A DNA stretch of 64,000 bases from a virus (Duplodnaviria; Heunggongvirae; Uroviricota; Caudoviricetes). The notes beneath the pieces are model-generated. The model did no database searches. It saw only the letters and a program-made list of their open reading frames with translations, and was not told the DNA's origin. This document shows, in pieces, positions 28,085 through 37,974 of the stretch. The stretch is from the IMG/VR virus record IMGVR_UViG_3300014208_000025, positions 52,967 to 116,966 of that record. The stretch is one strand, 5' to 3'. The translations under genes were made by a program, and so were the position numbers. The number at the start of each line of letters is the position of its first letter. The first letter of the stretch is position 1.

Positions 28085-28768
28085 TTAATTTGTCCGTGAT
28101 TGATATGAAGCAATCGTATTGACCCATTTCAAAAAATCCGCATCCGTCATATCCATCTTCATTTGATTTATTGATTTGTGAATCCATCTTACATTTCCAT
28201 CCACGTATCCTTTTGAAGAATCAATTCTATCAATCGAAGCGGTTTGATTTTTTCTGGTCAAACCATTTCCAAACACTATATCAACATTGCTTAATGCACA
28301 TTTTTGTTTCTGTTTAACAAACAATTCCCACATATCTTTTTGAGTTATCTTAAACTCCAACGCACGTTTATCAGCACCATTTTTAATTCCCCACCAATAA
28401 CTTCCAGAAATTCTTTCATATGCTGCATGTTTCCATAAACATCCACATGATTTCGTATATCCGTTGGACATACTATTTCCCTTAAAAATTCCAGTCTTGC
28501 CGCAGTCACATTTACAAATCCAATACGTCCCTTTATTTTTTTTGGGGCACTCTTCCATCGAAGCCTTTCGAATCACAACAAGTTTTCCAAATCGATGATT
28601 ACATAACTCATGTGTTCCAATTTCAGATTTGCCACGTCTTGGAATTCCATATTTAACCATTAAATACCAAATCTTTTTCTGAGTTACATTACACTTTTTT
28701 GATATTTCTTTGGTATTCAATCCGTTTTGGCAATACTCTCTTTCTAAATATTTTTCATCTATTATCAT
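28085..28768 (-). CDS. HNH-type homing endonuclease
   Basis: RFGKLVVI, WICKCDCG, SCGC, SIDRIDSSKGYVDGNVRWIHKSINQMK. Confidence 0.8.
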   Translation of the reverse strand: MIIDEKYLEREYCQNGLNTKEISKKCNVTQKKIWYLMVKYGIPRRGKSEIGTHELCNHRFGKLVVIRKASMEECPKKNKGTYWICKCDCGKTGIFKGNSMSNGYTKSCGCLWKHAAYERISGSYWWGIKNGADKRALEFKITQKDMWELFVKQKQKCALSNVDIVFGNGLTRKNQTASIDRIDSSKGYVDGNVRWIHKSINQMKMDMTDADFLKWVNTIASYQSRTN

Positions 28769-28871
28769 ATAAAATCCACGTTTTTCATTCTAACCCACTA
28801 CATATTCTCAGACTGAAATCCTCGGTATGAGAGGCCAAGTCTTTAACTCTAACTAAAGAAAGGTAAAACAT

Positions 28872-29771
28872 ATGTCCTACGATATAAATATCACCGTCAA
28901 TGGAAATCGTTGTAAACAATTTTCATTCCAAAACAAAACATTCATCGAAGCCAAACAAGGTTCTGAATATGTCATTGAAATTAAAAACAATTATTACAAA
29001 CGTATTCTTGCCGTAGCAGCCGTTGACGGGCTGAACGTTTTAACCGGCAAAACCGCATCCGAAGCTGATTCGGGCTACATCATCGACTCCTATCACGCCG
29101 AGAAAATCAAAGGTTTCCGTTTCTCAGACGATGAATGGGCCATGTTCAAATTCGGTTACAAATTCAACGGCAAAACTTACGCTCAATCAAAGAACGATGG
29201 TTCAGAGATGAACTGTGGTGTCATTGGAGTTCGTTTGTTTTACGAACAGGAACCAATAGTGATTTACAACACTCCAATAGTCACTTGGAATATACCTTCA
29301 CCAACACCGATTCCACAGTCTCCTTGGCCTATGTGGGGAACTACCATATGTGGTGGAATCAGTAACCCATCAAATGGCGGCACATCATATACGGCTAACG
29401 TCAACTTCATGGCCTCCGCTGCAAATTCTTCTAATTCTTCCGACGGGCTTTGTGGAAGCACCATGCAAAATAGTTGCCTCCGTAGTAGCGGAGCCAAAAG
29501 TCGTTCATCGAACAAAATGAAAGCGATGAATTTGTCGTCCCCGGAACCAAAAAGTTTTGACATGGGCACCGAATGGGGTCGCAAAGAACAAAGCAAAGTT
29601 CATACCGTCAACTTTGAAAAAGGTTGTCTGGCTCACTCACTCGACATTTACTACGCCAGTCGTGAATCGTTGATTGAAATGGGCGTTCCATTCAACAATA
29701 ACATCAAAGTAAATCTTCCTCAGAGCTTCCCTGAGAAGTATGCCAAGCCACCGAAAAACTGGGTAGGCTAA
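28872..29771 (+). CDS. Conserved-looking hypothetical protein, beta-rich N-terminus
   Basis: AAVDGLNVLTG, KGFR, GVIGVRLF, IYYASRESLIEMGV; AAGG RBS. Confidence 0.7.
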   Translation: MSYDINITVNGNRCKQFSFQNKTFIEAKQGSEYVIEIKNNYYKRILAVAAVDGLNVLTGKTASEADSGYIIDSYHAEKIKGFRFSDDEWAMFKFGYKFNGKTYAQSKNDGSEMNCGVIGVRLFYEQEPIVIYNTPIVTWNIPSPTPIPQSPWPMWGTTICGGISNPSNGGTSYTANVNFMASAANSSNSSDGLCGSTMQNSCLRSSGAKSRSSNKMKAMNLSSPEPKSFDMGTEWGRKEQSKVHTVNFEKGCLAHSLDIYYASRESLIEMGVPFNNNIKVNLPQSFPEKYAKPPKNWVG

Positions 29772-29802
29772 CCAACCGAATCAACGAAGAGGACGCCGGC
29801 GT

Positions 29803-30009
29803 TTATCTGCGGATGTCTTCTTTGATTTTCTGATGGTATTCTTTTTCTTCCCACGAACCATCTTTACCGATTTTTTCCCAGAAGGTCGTGATTTTGATAG
29901 TCGGGTCATCAACAGCTTCTTTGGCGGCTTTTCGTTTTTCGTAGTTACGGATACGAGAGCTACCTTTCGCATCGGCACCGCTTCGAGGATTTGTGGATTC
30001 TTCTCCCAT
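29803..30009 (-). CDS. Hypothetical protein (frame uncertain)
   Basis: Competes with overlapping 29781-30125 ORF. Confidence 0.3.
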   Translation of the reverse strand: MGEESTNPRSGADAKGSSRIRNYEKRKAAKEAVDDPTIKITTFWEKIGKDGSWEEKEYHQKIKEDIRR

Positions 30010-30128
30010 TTGATTCTTAGTCTTTTAGTGAGTGGTCGTCCACAATATGAAGAAACTTTGGTTGATAACTCGACTTTCCATTCGGCGAGTTGTTTCTTGG
30101 TTTTCAGTTTGGATGATTGTGCCACTGT

Positions 30129-31196
30129 TCATTCCTTTATGAAACTATCCAGTTTTTGAAAACATTCATTTATCCATGTTGGGTAATTGGGAATGTTATT
30201 CCATAGTTTATCCTCAGCAATCATCTTACCCAACTGAAACCGATTCAATTTTGGTAGGGGCTTATCCAACACGTCTTTGACATGAAGTTGAGCGAAAGTT
30301 TGGAGTTGAGTATCTGTCAATTGCATCAATTCGTGGTTTCGCAACACATCCGACCAGTGTTCAACGATATTGGAATAGACCTTTAACTTATCGTTATTCG
30401 TTACGGCATGGTCGTACAAACGCTGTAAAGTAGCCTTTTCGTCTCGGAGGAAGGGGAAAGCCTTCAAAACGGTCTTTAGACCGCAACCTTTAATTCCTGG
30501 AATATTGTCGGAATCATCACCATCCAAGGTTCGATAGAGCACCAAATTCTGAGGCATCATCCCATATTCGTTAAGAACGTTAGCTTCAGCGTAAAGTTGT
30601 TTCTTGGTTGGACTCCAAACGTTAACGTGTTCATTGACCAGTTGGAGAAAATCCTTGTCCGAAGACATGATATAGACCTTCCAATCTTTGAAGTAATCAA
30701 CTGTAAGATGGGCGATGGTGTCATCCGCTTCCACATTATCCAAAGATATCATATTGACGGGAAGTTCTTGGAGATAAATGACCAACCGTTGAAGTTGTTT
30801 TTTTAAACTGGCTTCTTCATCACCTAACGCGGAATCGTCATAGATGCGATTGAGACGAACCTTGGTGTGTTTGTGAGCCTTGTAATCAGGGTAAATCTTA
30901 CGGCGTTTTATTGAACCACCCGGTCCATCAAACACGATTACACAACGGTCGGGTTTGAGAAGTTTGATAGCATGTCCGACACTTTTGAGGAAGCCGGACA
31001 TTCCTCCAGTATGTAAACCGTCTTCATTGAGCGTCGGGATGGCCGCGAAAGCCCTGATGAACAAATTATACCCGTCGATTAACAAAACTTCTTTCTTTGT
31101 AGAAGCAGATAGCCCATTTTCTTGATTCAACTTCTTTTCCGATTTGAGATTTTCCCAAATAGAAAAAAGTTTTGATTTATCTGATTCATTTAACAT
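30129..31196 (-). CDS. 5'-3' exonuclease / RNase H (T4 rnh, PolA N-domain family)
   Basis: LLIDGYN, VFDG, EADD, SSDKDFLQ, GDDSDNIPGIKGCGLKT. Confidence 0.92.
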   Translation of the reverse strand: MLNESDKSKLFSIWENLKSEKKLNQENGLSASTKKEVLLIDGYNLFIRAFAAIPTLNEDGLHTGGMSGFLKSVGHAIKLLKPDRCVIVFDGPGGSIKRRKIYPDYKAHKHTKVRLNRIYDDSALGDEEASLKKQLQRLVIYLQELPVNMISLDNVEADDTIAHLTVDYFKDWKVYIMSSDKDFLQLVNEHVNVWSPTKKQLYAEANVLNEYGMMPQNLVLYRTLDGDDSDNIPGIKGCGLKTVLKAFPFLRDEKATLQRLYDHAVTNNDKLKVYSNIVEHWSDVLRNHELMQLTDTQLQTFAQLHVKDVLDKPLPKLNRFQLGKMIAEDKLWNNIPNYPTWINECFQKLDSFIKE

Positions 31197-32017
31197 AAAA
31201 GTGATTTAACATATCCGATTTTATCCTGACAATCATTCCAATCTTGTTCCCACACAATAACCGTATTATATCCTCTTTTCTTTGCTACGTCAAGTTTTTG
31301 TAAATCTCGTGTCCAAATTTCATGAGCATACATTTGTCTTGCTTTGTCATAATGGTCTTTATCGTAACGTCGGGGGTCCAAATGCCAATATGTTCCATTG
31401 AATTCTACAATTAGGTTTTTTCCTTTTACAAGTATGTCATATGGTTTGCCATTGATTAGATATTCATCTTCAACGTCAAATCCTAAAGACGCTACAATTG
31501 ACATTACTTCTAATTGACCTTTGCTCGAAAATGATTTAACTCTGTTGTTGTAATCTCCATTTTTCCACTTCTGTAAAAAAATTTGAGACATTTTTTCTTT
31601 TGATTCAACAGAATGTGGATTCCAACCGCCTCCTTTACGTCGTGAAACAACTCGTTTCTTTTTTACCTCGGGCGTTTGACTTTTTCCAACGCAATTATCC
31701 AACATCAACCTACGAGACAATTTCCGCCTATCATCATTTTCTTTCCAATGGTCAATGTTTGATTCACGTATTTTTTGTTTTGTCTCTTTAGAAACTTCAT
31801 GTCCTAACGTAGAATGACCGCCAAGTTTCGCCAGACGTTGACGATAAACATCAATCAAATTTTGTTTTCCGTATTTATCATAAATGAGATTACGAAGACG
31901 GATGATTCGTTTGCTTCCCAACCCCTTAGATTTCAACAATCCATTAAATCCAATTATAGATTCATCAGATATGAACTGCCGATAACATTCATCCACTAAA
32001 TTTTGTAAGTTTTCCAT
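31190..32017 (-). CDS. Homing-endonuclease-like protein (NUMOD3 + Vsr/DUF559-like nuclease)
   Basis: SKETKQKIR repeats; YDILV...IVEFNGTYWH...VWEQDW. Confidence 0.75.
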   Translation of the reverse strand: MENLQNLVDECYRQFISDESIIGFNGLLKSKGLGSKRIIRLRNLIYDKYGKQNLIDVYRQRLAKLGGHSTLGHEVSKETKQKIRESNIDHWKENDDRRKLSRRLMLDNCVGKSQTPEVKKKRVVSRRKGGGWNPHSVESKEKMSQIFLQKWKNGDYNNRVKSFSSKGQLEVMSIVASLGFDVEDEYLINGKPYDILVKGKNLIVEFNGTYWHLDPRRYDKDHYDKARQMYAHEIWTRDLQKLDVAKKRGYNTVIVWEQDWNDCQDKIGYVKSLLC

Positions 32018-32071
32018 ATGTCAATACATATAAAGACATCACGGCAAAACTCCTAATAAACGTGGAATTAT

Positions 32072-32254
32072 TTACCAGTTTTTATGTCTTAAATTGTGTG
32101 GGATTTTCTTATCAATTGAAAAAATAATTGGAAAACAGGGAATGATACACACATAAAACGTGTATCGTTCTGAATCGGTTTCCAACGTAGTTGTTCGGCT
32201 GGTCGTCCAATAAAGACCTACCCAAATATCTCGTGGTTCAAATTTTACTTTCAT
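32072..32254 (-). CDS. Hypothetical protein
   Basis: KFEPRDIWVGLYW...YVCIIPCFPI; ATGA-coupled. Confidence 0.55.
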   Translation of the reverse strand: MKVKFEPRDIWVGLYWTTSRTTTLETDSERYTFYVCIIPCFPIIFSIDKKIPHNLRHKNW

Positions 32255-32532
32255 TTAGCATCTTTCGGTATGTTACAGGTACAGTGACTATCAGGTTCAA
32301 GATTGTTATGACGACCACAACCACCTTGATGTTCCTTGCAGAACTTTCCAATGTAACAGTTGCACTTCTGTTTCTGTGCCCGTTCTACGGCAATATCGTG
32401 AAACTCCAAAATACAATCCTTGCCAAACTTTTCAATCGTGCTCCAATCAACGGTGTAAGTATATGACTTTCCATTTGGAAGTTTGACGGTTAAATCAAGG
32501 TCGTGAGGCACCGTTTCTGGTTTGATTGGCAT
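32251..32532 (-). CDS. Hypothetical Cys-rich protein
   Basis: C-terminal Cys/His cluster; tiles operon. Confidence 0.5.
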   Translation of the reverse strand: MPIKPETVPHDLDLTVKLPNGKSYTYTVDWSTIEKFGKDCILEFHDIAVERAQKQKCNCYIGKFCKEHQGGCGRHNNLEPDSHCTCNIPKDAK

Positions 32533-32538
32533 AAGGTA

Positions 32539-32724
32539 TCAACTATTCTCACGGGCCGCGTAATCTTGAGCGTCTTGAGCCGAGTCAAATACCAACTCCG
32601 CTGCATCCGTCATTTGCCGATACAATCCGGGGTGAATGTAATGTTGCCAGTAATCATCTTCACAGTTATCGTTGATGACTCGTTCAATAGCGGTTTCCAA
32701 TTTGGCTTTTAGTCGTGTGTCCAT
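32539..32724 (-). CDS. Hypothetical protein
   Basis: Tiles operon. Confidence 0.5.
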   Translation of the reverse strand: MDTRLKAKLETAIERVINDNCEDDYWQHYIHPGLYRQMTDAAELVFDSAQDAQDYAARENS

Positions 32725-32727
32725 ATG

Positions 32728-32874
32728 TTACTTCTTTTTAAGTCGAATCATTTCGTGTTTCAACAATTTTTCCAAAGTATTCCATCCCAAATAAAACCAT
32801 TTTTTACGAAGGGCGTAATCTTTTTTTGTGAATCCACTTCCCTTCATGTATTCTTCAAAGGTATAGGTTTTCAT
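32728..32874 (-). CDS. Small protein (48 aa, below cutoff)
   Basis: Hand translation MKTYTFEEYMKG...; 3-nt gaps to both neighbours. Confidence 0.45.
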   Translation of the reverse strand: MKTYTFEEYMKGSGFTKKDYALRKKWFYLGWNTLEKLLKHEMIRLKKK

Positions 32875-32877
32875 AAT

Positions 32878-34011
32878 TTAATCGTCGTCAATTACACTAT
32901 CATCTACCGACACTTCTTCTTCAATTTTGGAGTTTGGGTCCCGGTATTTCATGATTTGCTTGTTACAAATCCACATGTAAACCTCTTCTTTAAAAGCTTC
33001 ATCGGTGTTGACCTTTTCAACAAACTCCGCCGTAGAAAGTTTTATGTCACCTGACGCCATCTTGAATGTCCAACCAGCCTTGGTACCTGAAATGAAACCA
33101 TTGTCTTTCAAATATTCAATCCAACTCTTGAGGTCTTGAATACCTGAATCAAAGTGGATTTCAAACATGGCCAATCGTTTCGGTGGCCCCATACGATTCT
33201 TGGTGACGACCGCTTTACAACTATTTCCAATCACTACCTTTTCAGTATTCTTGATGGCACCAACACTGCCCAAACGAACACGAACGGAAGCGGCGAAACC
33301 CATTGCCTTTCCACCCGGCACGATAAACTTGTCACCAAATGCCTTGGCATCCATGTTCATACGAAGTTGGTTGGTGAACACTACGAGAATACGTTGCGAC
33401 CCAATCAAGCCAGTGATTTTACGAAGGGCCATGCTGATGATGATTGCCTTCTGAGTGTTGTAGCCTTTAGTGCCGTGTTCTGATTCCATTTCCGAAGCAC
33501 TTGAAGCTTGAGCCAACGAGTCAACGACAATAGTGCAGATGCGGTCTTTGTTTGACTTACGAACGACGCCGATGATTTCTTCAATCTTGGTGAAGATTTC
33601 TTCCACCGTAACCAATTTGACATAGGGTAGGGTTTTCAAATCCACACCCACCGCCGTCCAGAAAGCCGGAGCCGCGGCATATTCCGTATCAATCATGACG
33701 CCGACGCCGCCCATCTTTTGGGTGTTGGCCAGAATGTGGGCTGCAATCAATGATTTGCCTGTTCCTTCAAGGCCGTTCAATTCACAAATACGACCGACCG
33801 GCAACCCCCCATAAGGGCGATTTGAAATGGCCAAGTCAAGGAGAGTTGACCCCGTTGAAATCCAATCGGATACCATTTGTGGATCATCCTTACCATCCAA
33901 GAAGCACGCTACTTCCGCACCATCTTTCTGTGACTTGTTGAGAGTTGAAACGATAAGGTCTGACAATTCATCCCTATCGGTTGTTTTGCGTTCTATTGCT
34001 TTTTTGGCCAT
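32878..34011 (-). CDS. recA: RecA/UvsX recombinase
   Basis: WISTGSTLLD, GLEGTGKS, IDTE, VVDS, TNQLR, KNRMGPP; no intein. Confidence 0.93.
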   Translation of the reverse strand: MAKKAIERKTTDRDELSDLIVSTLNKSQKDGAEVACFLDGKDDPQMVSDWISTGSTLLDLAISNRPYGGLPVGRICELNGLEGTGKSLIAAHILANTQKMGGVGVMIDTEYAAAPAFWTAVGVDLKTLPYVKLVTVEEIFTKIEEIIGVVRKSNKDRICTIVVDSLAQASSASEMESEHGTKGYNTQKAIIISMALRKITGLIGSQRILVVFTNQLRMNMDAKAFGDKFIVPGGKAMGFAASVRVRLGSVGAIKNTEKVVIGNSCKAVVTKNRMGPPKRLAMFEIHFDSGIQDLKSWIEYLKDNGFISGTKAGWTFKMASGDIKLSTAEFVEKVNTDEAFKEEVYMWICNKQIMKYRDPNSKIEEEVSVDDSVIDDD

Positions 34012-34018
34012 AAGTTTA

Positions 34019-34294
34019 TTATTCTTTTTTCCAATCGTCTTCTGGAGGTTCAATTACTTTATTCATACCATCTAACAATTTTTCTTGAACTGTTTTTTCA
34101 TGTGGTTTGTAATACCATCCATAAATGGATTCCCCACGAATTTGTGTTTCACGATTTTCACCTTTTATTTGAAAAATGTGGCCGGGAGTTTTCAACGTTG
34201 CTATGATGGCGTTGACTGTAGATTCAAGTCTATCTTCACTTACACATAGAGTGTAAGAATTCCCCGGCATTAAAATAACAAAGTCGTATAACAT
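34019..34294 (-). CDS. Hypothetical protein
   Basis: ORF between ssb and recA. Confidence 0.55.
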   Translation of the reverse strand: MLYDFVILMPGNSYTLCVSEDRLESTVNAIIATLKTPGHIFQIKGENRETQIRGESIYGWYYKPHEKTVQEKLLDGMNKVIEPPEDDWKKE

Positions 34295-34374
34295 ATTTTT
34301 AATTTAAATTGTAACTAGAATGTTACCCCATTACGAGGTAACACTCAAGTTATTTTAACTGTTGATCAATCTTT

Positions 34375-35274
34375 TTAAGTATTAAAGAGTGAATCAAACG
34401 CCTTCGTCAGGTCTTGGGCGGTTGCAGCTTTGGCTGCTGATGGGGAAACAATTGACGCCGGAGTTGCTTCAATCGCTTGGGGCGGAATTGTTACTTGAGC
34501 AACATTAACCGATGTTGGTGCTTTTACCGGTGCAGTAGCCGCAGCAATCTGTTCCTCGGTTGGTTCAACCACGTTGGATTCTTCTTCCTGACCTTGGGAT
34601 GCCTTCTTGAGATAATCCTCAAGAGCAGCACTCAATACTTCGTAAGTTGGAACTTCATACACGTCAAGCATGTTTGGTTGCTTGGTGGTAATCAACTCTA
34701 GGAGTTCCTTGGCCTTTGGATTGGTCGGATCAATGACCGGACGTGGCTTTGGCTTCACCATGATGGTTGTTTCAGGATAATCCTTGTTAACTTCCTTGGC
34801 GGTCTTGAACTCCACTTGGATATCGTAACCTTCCGTTAGACTGGTGATGTCGCCGTAATCTGGCTCACTCATGGTTTGCATGAGTTGCTTATAGATTTGG
34901 ACGCCGAAACCCCAGAAACGGACTCCTTTTTCTTCTTCACCACGAACGATAACCGGAACGTAAGTTCTCAACTTTGGTTCGATTTCACGACCTTGCTTCC
35001 AAGTATCGCTGTTTTTCTTGAGACGGTCGGACAATTCAACGATGGGGTCTGCCTTGTTGAAACTGGAGGGCGACAAGTAATTTTTGCCGGCGAAGTCATA
35101 GTGGAACTTCAACTGGATGAACGGGTCATCAGGTTGGTGTTGGTAAGGAACAATTCTTACAACTTGTTTACCAGCGACGGGTTTCCAAATGGTGTCTTTA
35201 GTCTTGGATTGGGATTTGCCTTTCTTCTCGAAGGAGGCGAGGCGTGCCTTTATTTTTTCTAGGTTAAGTGCCAT
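34375..35274 (-). CDS. Single-stranded DNA-binding protein (gp32-like)
   Basis: IWKP...VRIVPY...FHY...DPIVE...RFWGFG..IY...DYGDIT...GYDI; flexible tail. Confidence 0.85.
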   Translation of the reverse strand: MALNLEKIKARLASFEKKGKSQSKTKDTIWKPVAGKQVVRIVPYQHQPDDPFIQLKFHYDFAGKNYLSPSSFNKADPIVELSDRLKKNSDTWKQGREIEPKLRTYVPVIVRGEEEKGVRFWGFGVQIYKQLMQTMSEPDYGDITSLTEGYDIQVEFKTAKEVNKDYPETTIMVKPKPRPVIDPTNPKAKELLELITTKQPNMLDVYEVPTYEVLSAALEDYLKKASQGQEEESNVVEPTEEQIAAATAPVKAPTSVNVAQVTIPPQAIEATPASIVSPSAAKAATAQDLTKAFDSLFNT

Positions 35275-35461
35275 AATTAGCTCTTTCTCTTTAATTGTTT
35301 AAGTAAGAATCCAATCGTTAACTTTAAATAGTTAAGTCTCGTTTCTTACCTTATACATAGAAGAGGATAAATGAAAAACGAGCAGAAATCAACGTATAAA
35401 AAACTCCAAAAGTAATTTTATTTGAGCGTTTTCCCAAAGTCACTGATATACAAAAAGTCTG

Positions 35462-35857
35462 TTACGAAACAATTTCCAAGAGCCGAATTGGGAGGGTACG
35501 AATGGATGGGTTGCCCGTAACAATCAACACGTCACTATACAGATTCCATTCGATAACATACGTCTTATCAAAGACTCCGCCGTTTTCATCCTTGATGATT
35601 TGATTCATTGCATTCAAAGTGTACAACGTATTGGTTTGCTTCTTACGATGAATGGAAATCGTGTTCGGAAACTTGGGAAAGTCCCGACCCACATTCAGAA
35701 TGTTGTAGGTTACAAACACTTCATCGGGAGACGCTACGTTGGTGAATACAAAAAACTTGTTGTTGTAAACGGTGTAGAATTTCTTGATGTCTTCGATGGT
35801 CTGTTTGAATGACTTTACATTACTGAACGTGCAGAGTAATTGCCTCTTGTCGTTCAT
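35462..35857 (-). CDS. Hypothetical protein
   Basis: QLLCTF, HRKKQTNTLYTLNAMN. Confidence 0.7.
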   Translation of the reverse strand: MNDKRQLLCTFSNVKSFKQTIEDIKKFYTVYNNKFFVFTNVASPDEVFVTYNILNVGRDFPKFPNTISIHRKKQTNTLYTLNAMNQIIKDENGGVFDKTYVIEWNLYSDVLIVTGNPSIRTLPIRLLEIVS

Positions 35858-36564
35858 GATTTCTTGTATTTCTTCAACTGCTCAATCAAATATGCTGGGC
35901 CACTATAAGCCACCCATTCACAAATCTGTTCCAACATGTAGTCGTCACCTTTCAACATATTCTTGATTAGGTTTTTGTCAGCTTCTTTTTCAGCTTGCGA
36001 CTTTTGTTCTGGTGGTGGTAACTCAGTTGGTTCAATAGGCGGTTCTTCTGGTTCGGTAGATTGTTGGGGCGCCGCCGTGGTTGCGGCAGTTGGTGTTTCG
36101 GCTGGTGGGGGTGCAGCATCCGGTGTGGCAGGGCCGGCTGGTTCAGCCGCAGGGGTGGCTGCTTGTGATACTGGCAAACTCGTTTTGGTATCGGCCTTTG
36201 GTTGGGGAGCCGTGGCAGGCTTTGGGTCGGCACTCGCGGGTTGATCAGCGAACACATTGGAGGCTTGTTTCGTTGGGTCATCTTCAAAATGAGTACCACG
36301 TTTAATGGCATCCGCTTTGTATTCAGGAGTCGGGAACGTTACGAGAATTCCTTTTGCGTTGTAAGCCTGTCTTTCGGGATACTTTCCTTCCAGAACTTTA
36401 TTACAGAACTCAATGACGGAGGATTCTGCAATGCCCTTCTTAACGAAGTATTCACGCAATACCTCCATGTGTATGTCTTCCTCAATCGAAAATGTTCCAT
36501 TCTCAATACGTGGGTCTAACGATACACTGCTCAAAACCTTTTCAAAAATACTATGCTTCATCAC
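35854..36564 (-). CDS. Hypothetical protein with Pro/Ala/Thr-rich linker
   Basis: Long low-complexity stretch; TATTTATT upstream. Confidence 0.7.
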   Translation of the reverse strand: MMKHSIFEKVLSSVSLDPRIENGTFSIEEDIHMEVLREYFVKKGIAESSVIEFCNKVLEGKYPERQAYNAKGILVTFPTPEYKADAIKRGTHFEDDPTKQASNVFADQPASADPKPATAPQPKADTKTSLPVSQAATPAAEPAGPATPDAAPPPAETPTAATTAAPQQSTEPEEPPIEPTELPPPEQKSQAEKEADKNLIKNMLKGDDYMLEQICEWVAYSGPAYLIEQLKKYKKS

Positions 36565-36593
36565 AGTAATAAATATATTTCAAAATCCCAAAA

Positions 36594-37940
36594 TTAAGGG
36601 TAAATCTGAGACACTGAATCGTAGTTTTCTCCAAGATAGACCTTAATGGGAAAGCGGTCGTTCATCTTCATAATTGTCATTAGGTCATTCAAGACGGGGG
36701 AGCCGTCATCTTTGTGGAAGTCAAAGAGAATAGAATCGTAGGTGTAAAGGACGGCTTTGGATTTCTTAGCTGTCAAATATTTGTTGACTGCTGCCAAAGC
36801 CGGAATAGCGATTTCGGTTTCGGTGGCTTGGAGAATGTAATTGAATAACTTGCTCGGATTGGGGTCGAGAACGTGTTTGTCGGTGATTTTCCGTTTGAAT
36901 ACGGGCGTCAAAACACGGCCCGTCTTTTGAAACTCTTTCCAATTCGTATCAATGAAGGATTTCAGACGGGCGAAATACTTGATGTGTTCAAACTGCTCTT
37001 CCACCCCACCATATAACTGGCGGAACGTCATCTTCTTGGTTTCATCCAATTCGTAACTGCCCAACTTCGTTCTGCCAAAATACATTTCCCCAAGGTAGTT
37101 GTAAATGTCAACGTCAATAGACAGGGGAAACTTTATCAAATGACAGATGATTCTTGGGTGAAACGCGGAATAGTCAACCAACACCATCTTGCCCAACTTA
37201 CCAAAGCGGGATGTGAAACTCTGTCTTACCCCATTGTCTTTATTCAACGCGGCGTAATTCACATTATCAAAGTGATTGCTCGGGCGGCCCGTGGCCGTGT
37301 AGATGTTGTATTGACTGAAAACGGTGTTGGGCAACGGTATTCTGGCTGCGAAGTATTTGGAGAAAATGTCTGTATCAATGTGGATACCATTTTTTTCCAA
37401 GGTGGCCAAGGTTTCAATGATGACATCATTTTCTTTCAAATACCCATCATCTAGTTCGCCCGGACGAAACTCGTCACACATGGCATCAAACGTTTCTTGA
37501 TGTTTAAGAATGGGAACGACATTATTCAAGCCTTTGGTTCCCGACAACGTGCGATAGATTATTCGGTGAGCCAATGTTTCAAACTTGGATTCATCAATGG
37601 TCGTGCCGTCATCCAACAACTTATACAAATTCACATCCAGAAGGTTGGTAATGGGCAACGTTTGAATGAACGACTTTTTATCGAAGACCCACTTCCGATT
37701 CTTGAGGGCCGATAAATCTTGGCAGAAACGGTCTTTGGTTATGTTCACAACTTCATCGCCATGTTTCCACGAGAAGTGATGGGTAATTTTTGTAGCGGTG
37801 TCCCGAATCAATACTGCCGTTACCTCACTGGCAACCGGATGAACATCATGGTCAAGCATGACGACAAACAACACAAGGTCTTTACCGTGTTCTGTAACCG
37901 TTTTCAGGAAATTCGTGTAATGATTGGAATGCTCCACCAT
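36594..37940 (-). CDS. polA: Compact family A DNA polymerase
   Basis: TATGRPS, VDYSAFHPR (motif A), KKMTFRQLYG (motif B), NYILQAT, YTYDSILFD (motif C). Confidence 0.85.
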   Translation of the reverse strand: MVEHSNHYTNFLKTVTEHGKDLVLFVVMLDHDVHPVASEVTAVLIRDTATKITHHFSWKHGDEVVNITKDRFCQDLSALKNRKWVFDKKSFIQTLPITNLLDVNLYKLLDDGTTIDESKFETLAHRIIYRTLSGTKGLNNVVPILKHQETFDAMCDEFRPGELDDGYLKENDVIIETLATLEKNGIHIDTDIFSKYFAARIPLPNTVFSQYNIYTATGRPSNHFDNVNYAALNKDNGVRQSFTSRFGKLGKMVLVDYSAFHPRIICHLIKFPLSIDVDIYNYLGEMYFGRTKLGSYELDETKKMTFRQLYGGVEEQFEHIKYFARLKSFIDTNWKEFQKTGRVLTPVFKRKITDKHVLDPNPSKLFNYILQATETEIAIPALAAVNKYLTAKKSKAVLYTYDSILFDFHKDDGSPVLNDLMTIMKMNDRFPIKVYLGENYDSVSQIYP

Positions 37941-37946
37941 CACGTT

Positions 37947-37974
37947 ATGATACGAGTTCTACTGAAATTGTCAA
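37947..37974 (-). promoter_or_regulatory. sigma70-like promoter, apparently leaderless
   Basis: TTGACA-N16-TATCAT-N6-ATG(37940); -35 box contains the upstream gene's TGA. Confidence 0.7.

Noticed and set aside
29781-30159. Overlapping basic ORFs in three frames as a dual-coding region
   Set aside because: Cannot pick the real frame without homologs; low-complexity composition explains the open frames.
32728-32874. MKTYTFEEY resembling the T4 capsid-targeting peptide MKTYQEF
   Set aside because: Single short match in a replication operon without the late motif; probably chance.
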